From: Eledone cirrhosa
Lineage: Eukaryota
Assembly: GCA_964016885.1 (NCBI GenBank)
Contig: OZ024744.1
Span: 80,972,001 to 81,036,000 of the forward strand
Reading direction: 5' to 3'
Length of the DNA stretch: 64,000 bases
Shown: positions 1-11,700 of the stretch, piece by piece
Position numbering within the stretch: position 1 is the stretch's first letter
Layout: every line of letters starts with the position of its first letter
The notes under the pieces: model-generated
Told to the model about the DNA's origin: nothing
What the model saw: the letters and a program-made list of their open reading frames with translations, nothing else
Databases searched by the model: none
Made by a program: the position numbers and the translations under genes

Positions 1-275
1 ATGTATAAGAGGAATAGGTTGTAGTGTGTGGGAGAGAAGACTGCGATGGTATGGACATGTGATGCGCATGGAGGATAACCCCTGGGTAAAGAAATCCCAG
101 TAGAGGGAAGACCAGAAAAAACATGGGCGGAGTTGGTGAGAGCTGACCTCAGATCGCTGAAGCTCACGGCGGAGATGACGAAGAACCGTGACAAGTGGAG
201 AGATGCTGTGCTGAATAGGACCCATCCTATCCTTGCAAGCAGGGAAAAGCGGACGTAAAATGATGATGATGATGA
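1..275 (+). mobile_element. RTE-clade LINE 3' fragment (family C) with (GAT)n tail
   Basis: Translates to [14 protein letters not shown]...GRPEKTW, the RTE C-terminal motif. Ends GGACGTAAAA(TGA)n. Same family as 42312-43311. Confidence 0.85.
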
Positions 276-346
276 CTGGTGGGCGGTGGAAAAAAACATT
301 CCCATGTGAAAGTGGGTGATGAGGCAAAATAGGTTGGGAACCTCTG
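276..346. mobile_element. hAT-like MITE terminal remnant
   Basis: Ends AGGTTGGGAACCTCTG, resembling hAT-Charlie TIRs. The other end is not seen. Confidence 0.35.
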
Positions 347-348
347 CG

Positions 349-529
349 ATAGACAATAGTAATAGTCCTGTCAGGATGCAGACTGATGGGATATCTAAAA
401 AGTAGTGTATGGGGCTATGTTGGCTAGAACTAATACCATAAGTTCTCATATTGGTTCTAGCCAACATAGCACTTACGTTTTAGATGTTCTGTTAACCTGC
501 ATCCTGACAAGACTATTACTATTGTCTAT
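349..529. repeat. Fold-back/palindromic element (MITE-like)
   Basis: Outer arms ATAGACAATAGTAATAGTCCTGTCAGGATGCAG / CTGCATCCTGACAAGACTATTACTATTGTCTAT. Inner arms GCTATGTTGGCTAGAAC / GTTCTAGCCAACATAGC. Confidence 0.7.
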
Positions 530-703
530 TGTTTCCTTTGTGGCTTGTTTTGACTGAAAAACTTGCTTCAGCTTTCTAATACTAACCCACATGAAACCAT
601 TCTGGATTTATGATATAAAATTATTTCTTTTAAAGTGTTCATATCTAAATTAAAACCTACCATCATAATATTTTGTTTTGTAATGTTACATACATCAGCT
701 TAA

Positions 704-911
704 CCCTTTAGCATTTAAACCAGCCTTATCCGGCCAGATTTCTTTCACCTCTTTCTGTTTAAACCAGCCATAACCAGTTGCTCATACTTATGTTAAGGTA
801 TTCTTCTCAAAATAAATAATATAAAAATCTCATAGATTCGATATTATGTGAAATAAAGTGTTTACCGTGAAAATAAAATAGTAAATATAGAGTAATGTAA
901 ATGCTAACGGG
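704..911. mobile_element. piggyBac-like MITE
   Basis: TTAA TSD at 700-703 and 912-915. TIRs CCCTTTAGCATTTA / TAAATGCTAACGGG. Further copies at 2055-2260 and 3656-3863. Confidence 0.85.
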
Positions 912-920
912 TTAATAATG

Positions 921-1128
921 ATTTTTAATTTAGGCACAAGACCAGAGAGGAAGGGGAAAAGTGAATTATATTGACTCAGTACTTGACTGGTACTTTATTT
1001 TACTAACCCCCAGAAGGATGAAAGGCAAAGTTGACCGTGGCTGAATTTGAACTCAGACTGTAAGTTGTAACTAAATACTAAAAAGAATTTTGTTCGATGC
1101 ACTGTTGATTCTGCCAATCCTCTAACCT
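921..1128 (-). mobile_element. tRNA-derived SINE (Nin/Deu-like core)
   Basis: Reverse strand has B-box-like GAGTTCAAATTC followed by CTTTGCCTTTCATCCTT...AATAAAGTACCAG. Multicopy in the window. Confidence 0.8.
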
Positions 1129-1150
1129 TACACATCAGCTTAATAATGAT

Positions 1151-1358
1151 TTCTAGTAGAGGCACAAGGCCAGTAATTTGGGGGCAGGGGAAAGTCGATT
1201 AAATTGACCCCAGTACATTACTGGTGCTTTATTTTATTGTAAGGATAAAACGCAAAGTTAATCTCAGTGGGATTTGAACTCAGACCATAAAGGGCTGTAA
1301 CTCTATGCCGCAAAGCATGGTGTCCGACACTCTACCAATACTGCCAATCCACTGCCCT
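1151..1358 (-). mobile_element. tRNA-derived SINE, second tandem copy
   Basis: Same family, with head GTGGATTGGCAGTATTGGTAGAG. Flanked by repeated CATCAGCTTAATAATGA (TSD). Confidence 0.8.
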
Positions 1359-1394
1359 CATACGCATCAGCTTAATAATGAAAAAGCAGTTATA

Positions 1395-1471
1395 CAGGGT
1401 ACGACAGAAAATCCTCCTATCGTTTACACAGTCAACCCTTAAAATATGGGAGGTATTTCTGCCGCACCTTG
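1395..1471. mobile_element. Tc1/mariner-like short MITE
   Basis: TA-CAGGGTACGACAGAAAATCCTCC ... GGAGGTATTTCTGCCGCACCTTG form imperfect TIRs. Confidence 0.55.
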
Positions 1472-1659
1472 CATTACTAAATTCCTTTAAATGTTTCATA
1501 ATAGACTACTGACTACATTGTGTGTTAGTTGTTCTATAATATAAAAAAATAGTAGGATAGTAATATTTTCTCTGTGTGCTCATGTGTGCATGTGTGTGTG
1601 TGCGTGTGTGTGCGCGTGTGTGTGTGCGTGTGTGTGTGTGATCTGTATATACCACTCAC

Positions 1660-1873
1660 TGTTCAAGAGTCTATTCACCTCATGGTCCTGGCCAACAGGA
1701 TGGAGAAGACATTACCCCAGAGGATGACTAGGGAAGTGTGCTGGAACAGCCACTCCACCTCGTGGGGCTTGCACTTGTTGGTAGGCAACTCCACCACAAT
1801 AGCAGTGAGAAGGGATGTGGTCTGAGGGGAGGAGTGGGGGCCAAGAATGCCGGAGGTCTTCACTGCTACAAAC
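1660..1873 (-). other. Candidate spliced exon (no clean through-ORF; possibly UTR or lncRNA)
   Basis: GC-richer, unique-looking island. Acceptor cttctctgatag| and donor |gtgagt on the minus strand. Stops occur in all frames between those sites. Confidence 0.3.
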
Positions 1874-2054
1874 CTATCAGAGAAGCCGATACTTGTTTTC
1901 AGAATAAATCGAAACACATGGGTTATGTATTTGAGGAAAATGTGAGAAATGTGATAAATCTGTTAAATGCTATATATCAAATGCAGACAGGCTTGTGTTG
2001 TCTGTCACAGTCAGGTCCTGCACACTGACTATTATATATCTATTCAATCAATTT

Positions 2055-2260
2055 ACCATTTTCATTACTCTATATATACTATTACATTTTTGCAGTAAAG
2101 GCTTTACCTCACATAATTATCTCACATAATATGAAATCTATGAGATTTTGATATTATTTATTTTGAGAACAATACCTTAACATCAGTATGAGTGGCCAGT
2201 TACAGCCAGTTTGAATAGAAAAGAACTCAGCCGAATATGACCAGTTTAAATGCTAAAGGG
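2055..2260. mobile_element. piggyBac-like MITE copy (inverted, degraded)
   Basis: Reverse complement of the 704-911 family. Ends TTTAAATGCTAAAGGG. Confidence 0.7.
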
Positions 2261-2449
2261 TTGTCTATATTGTACTAGTAAGACATGACCAACTAGGAGA
2301 GGTATATAATCCCCTCAAAAACAGGTGACCAGCCTAATTTGCATAATGTGCATCTGTCTGTGGCATTATCAATTAAATAATGAATATTCATACACAACAC
2401 AGCATATATTAGAAAATCTAAAATAAATTTAATAATATAGATAACTACA

Positions 2450-2735
2450 GTTGGGAGTTTGATTCCTGAACCAGGTGGTGCATTGTCTTTGAGTAAGTGG
2501 CTTTATTTCATATTACTCCAGTTTACTAAGCTGTAGAAGTAAATTGCAACATCACTTCTGCCAAGCTGTATCAGCCATTACCTTTCCCTTGGACAACATC
2601 GGTGGCATGGAGAAGAGAGACTGGTATGCATGGATGACTGCTGGTCTTCTACAAAAACACCTTGCCCAGGTTTGTGCCTCAGAGGGGAACTTTCTAGGTG
2701 CAAAACCCATGGTCATTTGTGACCAAAGGAGATCT
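2450..2735 (+). mobile_element. SINE of a second family (CORE/Meta-like central domain)
   Basis: B-box-like GAGTTTGATTCC, then TGTCTTTGAGTAAG...TTACTCCAGTTTACTAAGCTG, resembling the GTGTCCTTGAGCAAG..CTCAGCTG SINE core. Confidence 0.55.
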
Positions 2736-2832
2736 GTACCCTTTATTCTAATTACAGTTTATAAGCCTCACTGTGAATATTTAAATAAATGGTTACATTG
2801 CAGTAATATGCCATCTTCAGCATTCAGTCATC

Positions 2833-3314
2833 AGAAGAAAGGAGGTAGGCATAAAAGCTAAACTGGCTATCTTCAATTCGGTTTTTGTGCCAACCCTTAC
2901 CTATGGTCAGGAAACTTGGGTAATGACCGAAAGAATACAATCACAAATACAATCTTTGAAGTAACGTTACTCGATAAAGTGCATAACTTGGAGATCAGAG
3001 AGTCACTCCGGATAGAGCTGCTACTTCTCTGAACTGAGAGATCACAGCTCTGATACTATGGGCTGTGGTTAGAATGTCTCAGGAAAGGATCGCTAGACAG
3101 ATTTTACAGGGAAAAACCAACTAGCAAGTGACCCGGCGGTTGACCCCGAGCAAGATGGTTGGATAACATCGATGAACTTTGCTAGTCTCGCTTGGTGATT
3201 CAGCTGGATCAATTAGAGACGGTTGCATCTGACAGGACCTGCTGGAAGGAGTGTTTCTGAACTCTGCCCCTATGACTCTCTCAGGAATAAATGGGCAAAG
3301 AAGAAGAGAAGAAA
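2833..3314 (+). mobile_element. RTE (Expander/Rex3-like, family B) 3' fragment
   Basis: KAKLAIFNSVFVPTLTYGQETWVMTER motif and (GAA)-rich tail. Second copy at 14065-14560. Confidence 0.8.
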
Positions 3315-3655
3315 AGATGGTTACATGATAGATTTCATGATAACCCCAAAAGATGATAATCAAAATGATTACAAGTTATGTGTGCTAAGTACTCCTGAAT
3401 ACCTAACAAATCAAAAACTGATGTTTGGAAAGTTCAAACTTCAAATTTGAAACAAAAGTTTTCTATGAGTCAGATAAAAGCTTCCATATGTATTGACATG
3501 ACTAAATTGATACAACCAAAAATTAGTAAAAAGGTTGTCAAATTAATTTGGTTATATTAGCTTTGACAATATCTGAGAAAACTTTAGAAACTAGGTGTAC
3601 TCTTTGGAAGTTGAGGTGCTTGAATTCAAGAAAAAAATCCTAAAAATTGGTTTAA

Positions 3656-3863
3656 CCCTTTTGCATTTAAACTGGCCGTATCCGGCCATAATTCTCTCAC
3701 CTCTTTCTGTTCAAACCAGCTGTAACCAGTTATTCATACTGATGTTAAGATATTGTTCTCAAAATAGATAACATCAAAATCTTGTAGCTTTGATATGATT
3801 TGAGATAAAGCCTTTGCTGTAAAAATACAATAGTAAATATAGATTAATGTAAATGCTAAAAGG
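3656..3863. mobile_element. piggyBac-like MITE
   Basis: TTAA-CCCTTTTGCATTTAA ... TAAATGCTAAAAGG-TTAA. Homologous to 704-911. Confidence 0.85.
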
Positions 3864-4009
3864 TTAATTATAATAATTCTACAATCAGATAGTTACTTCC
3901 TTTCTCAATCTTTCTTAGATATGTACGGTACCTGTAAGATTAATTGGCTGCTGGTGAAGTCTTTTAAAATGCATAAGGTAGCTGTGCAACGAGAGTTGAG
4001 GAAAATTGA

Positions 4010-4220
4010 TTTCTAATTTAGGTAAAAGGTCAGCAAATTTGTGGGAAGGGCAAAGTTGATTAAATCAACTCCAGTACTGGTACTATATTTTATTGACTTC
4101 GGAAAGATGAAAGGTAATGTTATCCTTGATGGGATTTGAACTCAAAATGTAAAGAGCCAAAACAAATATCACAATGGAATTTTGTCTGATGCTCAACCAA
4201 TACTGCCAATCCACCACCCT
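4010..4220 (-). mobile_element. tRNA-derived SINE
   Basis: Same family as 921-1128 (GGATTTGAACTC, TACTGCCAATCCACC on +). Confidence 0.75.
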
Positions 4221-4234
4221 TAGAACTGAAAAAT

Positions 4235-4670
4235 ATATATTTAAAGCAAATTTTTTTTTTATGTTTCCTCATATTAGTTGTTTTTTTTAAATTAATTAAT
4301 TTTTTTTAAATATATCTTTATATATTAGTTATTTTTAAAAAATTTATTTATTTTAAAATGTTTCCTTATATATTAGTTATTCATTTAAATCACTTTAATT
4401 TTACAAAATGTATCCTTATATTTTTTTTTTATGTATCCTTATATATTAGTTCTTTTTTTTTAATCAATTTTTTTTTTAAATGTATCCTTATATATTACTG
4501 TTCTTTTTTAAATCAATTTATTTTTTTTAAATGTATCTTTATATATTACAGTTATTTTTTTAAATAATTTATTTTAAAAAAAATTTATTAGTTACTTTTT
4601 TATGTTAGTTACTTTTTTTAATTAATATATATTTAAAGCATCTATTCTTATATTACAGTTTTTTTTAAAA
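4235..4670. repeat. Degenerate AT-rich minisatellite
   Basis: Recurrent TATATTAGTT...TTTTTTAAATGTATCCTTA units. Confidence 0.7.
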
Positions 4671-5383
4671 TTAAAAACAAGTAATGATCAAATATTTCAG
4701 CAGAGATTTAAGGTGCCTTGGTAAGAACACCTCTAAAACACTGTATGGTCTTTAAAACCAGGTCTTTGATCCACAATCTAAAGATGGTATGACACTCAAC
4801 TCATTAAATACCCTGAATGAAACATTTTACTGACTTTTATTTCAATTCTTCAGTGGTAGATGAAGCAATTATTAGTGGTTCACACCAACAAGATATATTT
4901 CATCATATGGATTGTAGGCCTACAAATCATGAGGTGGTTTTTAGCGATTAAGCAGATCAATATTGGCAAGGATTAGATGGCATCAATTGAAATTCTGTAG
5001 AAGTGGGTTAAAAATCTAGAGCTAGCTGAAGGTGCCAGCAGTTTGGCCAGTTGCTTCAGGTGCTATATGCTAGAAGGTGTCACATCATGTGTTTGGTATA
5101 TTTCAAATACAAAGGGATAAATAGGAAAACCAAATTGACCTCCATTGGTTTCGATGATAAGGGTTCTAGTTATTCAATCAATGGAACAGCCAGATCAAGA
5201 AATTAACATGTAAGTGGCTGAGCATTTGATATTTGATATACTTCTCATGCCAAATCACAGTGTCACAGTTTGTGCCAAAGATGGCTCCCTTTGGATTACA
5301 GCTACAGTCTATTACATTTTCATTATTGGACAGTTAGTTGTGAACATTTGCAATATTAAAGTAGAGACTTTTAATGGTAGTAT

Positions 5384-5575
5384 TGGTGGAGAGCTCCACA
5401 ACATGCTTTATGGCATAGAGTTACTGCCCTTTACGATCTAAGTTCAAATCCTGCTGAGGTTAGCTTTACCTTTTCATCCTTACTGGGTTGATAAAAATAA
5501 AGTACCAGTAATGCACTGGGGGCGATTTAATCGACTTTCCTCTCCTCCAAAATGGTTGCTTAAATCAGAAACCAT
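5384..5575 (+). mobile_element. tRNA-derived SINE
   Basis: GTTCAAATCCTGCTGAGGTTAGCTTTACCTTTTCATCCTTAC...AAAGTACCAG. Confidence 0.75.
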
Positions 5576-5578
5576 TAT

Positions 5579-5882
5579 TTTAACCTGTTGACTGCCACAT
5601 ATTTTTCACGGTTACAGTTGCTGTACCATTTTTTTTTTTTTTTTTCAGTAAAATGACTCTATTTTTTTTAAACAAACATTTATTAACAAACACCTATCTG
5701 AATGATTGACAAACGTCAGATCAATAAACTAGTAATCTAGCTTTGAAGTTATGAACTGTTGGAAACGAAGTCAAACTTTGAAGTTGTGAACTGTTGGAAA
5801 AGAGTTCAAACACTTTAGGATGAGTTATCTTGTCTGTGGCATTGGAAATGAGTTATCTCTTCTACAGCACTAAAGAGGCTAA
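5579..5882. mobile_element. Probable piggyBac-like MITE (second family)
   Basis: Starts TTAACCTGTTGACTGCC and ends GCACTAAAGAGGCTAA. Contains internal and subterminal short direct repeats. Confidence 0.4.
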
Positions 5883-6919
5883 TGTGATGCTGTCATAGAG
5901 CTGTTTTGTACTTTTCGAGAATGTCTTGCTAACGTGGTTTCATGTGGATTGTTAATTCAAATGTTTATAGAATATATTTAGTATTAGACAGAAAATTGTT
6001 GTGAAAATTTGCAGTATTAGAGTAAAGACTTTAATATCTAATGCGACACAGTCATAATGCTGTTATATATTTTTCATGAATATTTTGCTAATGTGGTTTC
6101 ATGTGGTAAAGGGAGTTAAGAGTTAAGTTATTTAACTATCATTAGCTATTAGAGGAATACATCTTAAACTATACATATTCCATTATTGTTACTATCAGAA
6201 AAACCACCCTTCGAGTGGTTTTCTTCTGGCATGTGTAGTGTGCATATTGATATTATACGCAAATATATATGCATGTAGATATGTTATGTCAAATAAAATC
6301 GTAATTGACAATATACACAGAAATTGAAGTGAGATTGTGTAACACTCTCTTTTGTAATCAGTAAAGTAATCCATATTTAAAATAGACGATATTATATATA
6401 AACTGCATTACGGTGAAATGTTATGAAAACGAAAAAGGAGAAAATTAGCGATGAAAATATAAACATTATGATGCAAATATATGAATGTTTATATAAGCAA
6501 TGTGATATAGCATGCGGCTATATGTGTTACGATATAACGAATGCTAAGTGGAAAGAAGTGAATCTTAAAATAAGCAATATGTTATATATAAGAATATTTA
6601 TGTTTAATCAAGAGCTACGAAATTAGTAGATAAATTACATAATATTCATTCATGATTTATTCAAAGTAATCCAACTTATTTTAATAATGTGTTCAGAAAA
6701 AATATCCCTGACACAGTCCCACAGTCCTCCAATCATTATATATTAGATTTCAATTTCATTCCATATTTCATGCAGTTTACCATTTATTCTCCACCTCATC
6801 ATCATTTCATCCATTCAGACAAGCTGAAAGCTTCTATTGTCATTGCTTCATTAATAAAGTCCTGAGAAAAACAAAGAGTGTTTGAGACTCAAGAAGATCT
6901 CAGTATGTCTGAAATATAA

Positions 6920-8170
6920 TACGTCAACCTTTCCATGCTAGCATGGGTTAGACGAGTTATCCTGTTGTGGGCAATGCTGGGTCAGGTGACCATGTCTTGC
7001 ACATACAGAACTGATTTTGGCTTGGTTTCTACAGCTGGATGCCCTTCCTAACATCAAACTCATTTACAGTGTGAACTGGGTGCTTTTTGTCGTGACACCT
7101 ACACAACCACTTTACAATGAGTATTTGGTGCTTTTTATGGTGGCACCAGCCTGACCACTTTACAGTGTGGACTGAGTGCTTTTTGTTGTGATACCTACAC
7201 AACCACTTTACAGTGTGGGCTGGGTGCTTTTTGTCAGGACACATCATAACCACTTTACAGTGTGGGCTTGGTGCTTTTTGTTGTGATACCTACACAACCA
7301 CTTTACAGTGTGGGCTGGGTGCTTTTTGTCAGGACACATCATAACCACTTTACAGTGTGGGCTTGGTGCTTTTTGTTGTGATACCTACATGACTACTTTA
7401 CAATGTGTATTGGGTGCTTTTTGTCGTGTCACCAGCATCATCATCACTGTTTAACGTCCATTTTTCCAGACTAATATGAGTTTGATGAGTTGTCCCTTTG
7501 TGAGACTCACATTTTGCTCATACAGAACTGTTTCTGGCTTGGTTTCTATGGTGTTCCTAACACCAACCACATTTATAGTAGGGACTATTTGCTTTTTATC
7601 ATGGCACCAAGACAACCACTTTACAGTACCTTTTATTGTGGTACCAAGATGACCACTTTACAGTGGCGGACTGGGTGCTTTTTATTGTGACACGAACATG
7701 ACCACTTTACAGTGGGGACTGGGTGTTTTTTGTTGTGTCACTAACATGACCACTTTGCAGTGTTGATTGGGTGCTTTTTGTTGTGTCGCCTACACGACCA
7801 CTTTAAAGGGTGGACTGGGTGTTTTTTGTTGTGTCACTAGCATGACCACTGGGTGCTTTTTATCATGGCACCAAAATGACAACTTTACAGTGTGGACTGG
7901 GTACTTTTTATCATGGCACCAAAATGACAACTTTACAGTGTGGACTGGGTACTTTTTATCATGGCACCAAAATGACAACTTTACAGTGTGGACTGGGTAC
8001 TTTTTATCATGGCACCAAAATGACAACTTTACAGATTGGACTGGGTACTTTTTATCATGGCACCAAAATGACTACTTTACAGTGTGGACTGGGTGTTTTT
8101 ATCATGTCACCAAAACAACCATTTTACAATGTAGACTGGGTGCTTTTTATCATGGCACCAAGACAACCAA
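6920..8170 (-). repeat. Two RTE 3'-UTR remnants expanded into a ~44-46 bp minisatellite
   Basis: The ACAGCTGGATGCCCTTCCTAAC motif is shared with the RTE 3' UTRs at 14.9, 49.1, 53.0 and 63.6 kb. It is followed by many CCACTTTACAGTGTGGACTGGGTGCTTTT units, near-perfect at ~7850-8110. Confidence 0.8.
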
Positions 8171-8179
8171 TAGTGAAAT

Positions 8180-8320
8180 AATTGTTTCTACTTTTGGCAC
8201 AAGGCCAGAAATTACCCCAGTGCATTACTGGTGCTTTATTTTATCAACCCTGTAAGGATGAAAAGTAGAGTTAACCTCAGCAGGATTTGAACTCAGAACG
8301 TAAAGGGACATAACTCCATG
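8180..8320 (-). mobile_element. tRNA-derived SINE
   Basis: Same family (AGGATGAAAAGTAGAGTTAACCTCAGCAGGATTTGAACTC on +). Confidence 0.75.
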
Positions 8321-8547
8321 AGAAATAATTGTGCAAGTTTAACTATATCAATCTCTCTAAATGTTTTGTCTAATGTTTGTGAAATCAAACCAATTGAAAT
8401 CAAACCAATTTCTGAAGGAGACACGAATCAAGGAATCATAATCACATTTGTATGCCTTTCAGCATCCATTCTTTTGATCATATTCCTAAATTTATTAAAA
8501 GACAACTTGTTACCTTGACAGACCAATGATGCCTTTTTACTTTCTCT

Positions 8548-8670
8548 TATCTATCTATCCTTATCTTAAGTATCTATCTACTACCTCTGTCCATCTATCT
8601 ATCTATTTATCTATTTATGTATCAATCTCTCTCTATCTATCTATCTATCCATCCATCCATCCATTCATCC

Positions 8671-8720
<50 letters not shown>
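8548..8720. repeat. (CTAT)n/(GATA)n microsatellite
   Basis: Seen directly. Resumes briefly after the LINE at ~13044-13077. Confidence 0.95.
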
Positions 8721-11700
8721 ATACTTACATGGAAAAAAGGACACAGAAAATAAGAGTGTCATGCATCCAACCAAACGTAAATATTTGGTGGATTTTATGT
8801 GGCTTCATCAATTTCGATGAAGACACATTAATTTCAATAGAAAAGTCCCCCAGGGGAATATTTAATGGTACTAGCCTGGAAGTTCTGGTCCAAATGAGGC
8901 TAGAACAAATAGTTAAAATACCACAATGTGTGCCTCTGGACGGAGTCTACATTATAAACATTTCTGTTGAGCGTAGGAGGCCTTCATGTTACCACTGTTT
9001 AAGCAGTGGTCACCTGAGGGCTTCCTGTCCTCAATTAACTACCCTGAAAAAAAAAGCACTGCTGCCATCCAAGGGGTTGGATGGGACTGTGTTTTTTTTG
9101 GTTATTTTTGTGTGTTGTTGTTGTTGTTGTGGTGGTGGTGATGGTTGTGCTGCTGTTTCAGGTGTTGGCAGCAGTGTCTCCCTCATCATCACTAGGTGAT
9201 GATGAGGGAGAACCCCTTCGCGCTAAAAGAAAGAAAAAGAGACATAACACGAACAAAAAGCCAACAAACACACAACCACCAACACAAACAACACAAACAA
9301 AAATCCCCCCTCCTGAAAACAAAACAATAACAACACTCCAAACACAAACACCTACAACAAAAAGAAAACACACACAAGAACAACAAACAAAAACCAACAC
9401 AACACAACAAGAACATTACACATACACATATATAAACACTGAAAACAAAACTCTAATGGAGGTTATCTCCAACAACCCTTCGGTGAAAACCGAAGGGGAA
9501 ACTTTTTCGTACTTTCTGGAATGACCTAATTTAAAAATGATTAGGGTCCCCATGGACACATACAAATCTTTAAAAGAAAACTTTCCTAAGGACGTGGGTA
9601 ATTCCTGCGTAAAACCCTATAACTGCGTCCTTTTGAAATGTTTCCCCACTCTTAAACGACCTCAGGTCGCACAGTATGGATGTGGTAGTCATTTGCGAGT
9701 CCAGGATCCACAGCAAGCGACAGCTGGCCCCCATCTTCGACGACTTTGAGATCTACGCATCTCTCTGTCAGCCGGGAAGTGGGGGCGGGGTTGCCGTTTT
9801 GCTGCGGAAACACCTGGACCTCATAACACAGATGGTACATCTGGACCTGGAGGGTCAACTGGTGATCCTAGATGTCAGCAGTAGTGAAGGTTGAGCCTTC
9901 AGACTGGTGGCTGTATATACCCCATCTGGGACATCGCGGCCAGGCTTCTTCAAACGTCTGGAGACTTTTCTGGGAACATCCTGCTCCTTGCTTTTAGTGG
10001 GGGACTGGAATAGAATCCTAGATGCACGTTGGGATTACGTGGGAGCATGTCCCGATAGAAAGGGGTGTAACAGCCTCAAACAGTTAATCGGCCGATTTCA
10101 ACTGGCCGATAGATACCGACTAGATTTCCCGGCTGCGACACTGTGGATGTGGACGAACCTTAGCAAGACATCTAGATCGTACTTAGATAGGTTTCTAATT
10201 AGAGATAGGGATAAGGACATGTTAAGCTGTCCACGCATGATCATGGTTGCCTATACGGATCATAAGCTAGTGACCTGCATAATCAACCTTGATAGAACCC
10301 ATGGCTACTGGAAGCTGAACTTGTCATTACTGACATGCAAAGCCTACAGTAGACGGATTAGCACTTTAGTTAAGCAACAGTTGACGGAGGCCATCGTCAA
10401 CAACAGGTGGTGGTGCTCTCTCAAGAGAGCAATTAGATTAGAGTCGATAGGAATAAGACTGAAAAGGAACTGGTAGATAAAGTAGAAGAGGCAATTAGGA
10501 GTGGCAGTGTGGCTAACGTGCTAGCGACAAGAACGGCCCTGAACCAGTTCTTCGACGCAAAGCACGAAGGCTGCGTTGTCAGGAATAAAACACGTGCTCT
10601 GGGAAACGAGGGAGCCAAAGCTGTTAGTTGGGCCCGAGTGACAGAGGCGAAAAGTGGCAACAAGTCCACGATTCGGTCTTTGAAGGACCAAGTTGGACGC
10701 GTGATACTTGAACTGGAGCAGATGAGCGCGGCCTTTCAGCGGCACTTTGCACAACTGTTCGGGCAGGGTGGTGCACCGGGAGGGGCTATGGATTTCGGTC
10801 CATATCTCGACGGCCTGCCGTGACTCTTGGACGCAGCAGGTCATCGAGGTATGGACTGAAATCCATAGCCCCTCCCGGCGCGCCACCCTGCCCGAACAGT
10901 TGTGCAAAGTGCCACAGAAAGGCCACGCACATCTGCTCTGGTTCAAGTATCACGCTGGACGGGGAGGCAAAGTTCTGCAAAAGGCTGATTTCGGTCGCTG
11001 AGATGAGGGACGCGCTGAGCCAATGCGGCAAACGCAAATCGCCAGGTCTCGACGGTCTACCCTATGAATTTTACGTAGCAATGTTCTCCGGTCTCCTCGA
11101 AACGGTCTACTGCAACTGGCAGCAGTACGGGAGAATTCCCAGTTCTGTGACCAAGGACGAGAATAAGGGGGATGACATAGGCAACTTCCGGCCCATAACT
11201 CTGCTAAACACAGAGTTACAGATTTTGGCCAAGGTGTTGGCAAAGAGGCTGGCACTTGTCGTCGAAAACCTGGTGGGAGAAGCACAGACATGCGCAATCC
11301 CGACCAGGTCCATACACGACAACCTCCATCTCATGCGAAACATCGTAGAGAAGGTAGGGTGTGAACCTGGCTTCGGTGGGCCACTGATAAATTTGGATCA
11401 GTCTAAGGCATTCAATAGAGTTGACCATCGTTACCTAGATGCGGTGCTTGCGGCGGCAGGCTTCGGACCCGTGTTCAGGGGCTGGATTGCTGCAAAGCAC
11501 AGCAGCAACATCTGCTCAAGGGTCAAGGTGAGTGGTTACTTCTCGGAGCTGTTCCAAATCACGCGATCCATCCGACAAGGATGCCCTCTCTCCTCCCTTC
11601 TGTACGTACTGACTCTCGAGCCACTACTGTGGAAGTTGGAGCTACTGCAGGGCATCCCGTTGGAACCGGGACTGTGAAGAGCGGCGTCGACCTACACCAA

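Noticed and set aside
4854-4951. Plus-strand acceptor followed by a short open frame (similar case at 17294-17398)
   Set aside because: No recognisable protein, no convincing partner exons, and such signals arise by chance in AT-rich DNA.
7040-8170. CRISPR-like regularly spaced repeats
   Set aside because: No unique spacers and no cas genes. It is a tandem minisatellite derived from an RTE 3' UTR in eukaryotic DNA.
8721-8732. ATACTTACATGG resembling the U1 snRNA 5' end at the Tx1 junction
   Set aside because: Similarity stops after 12 nt and the sequence reads in frame as ORF1 (TYMEKRT). Likely coincidence.
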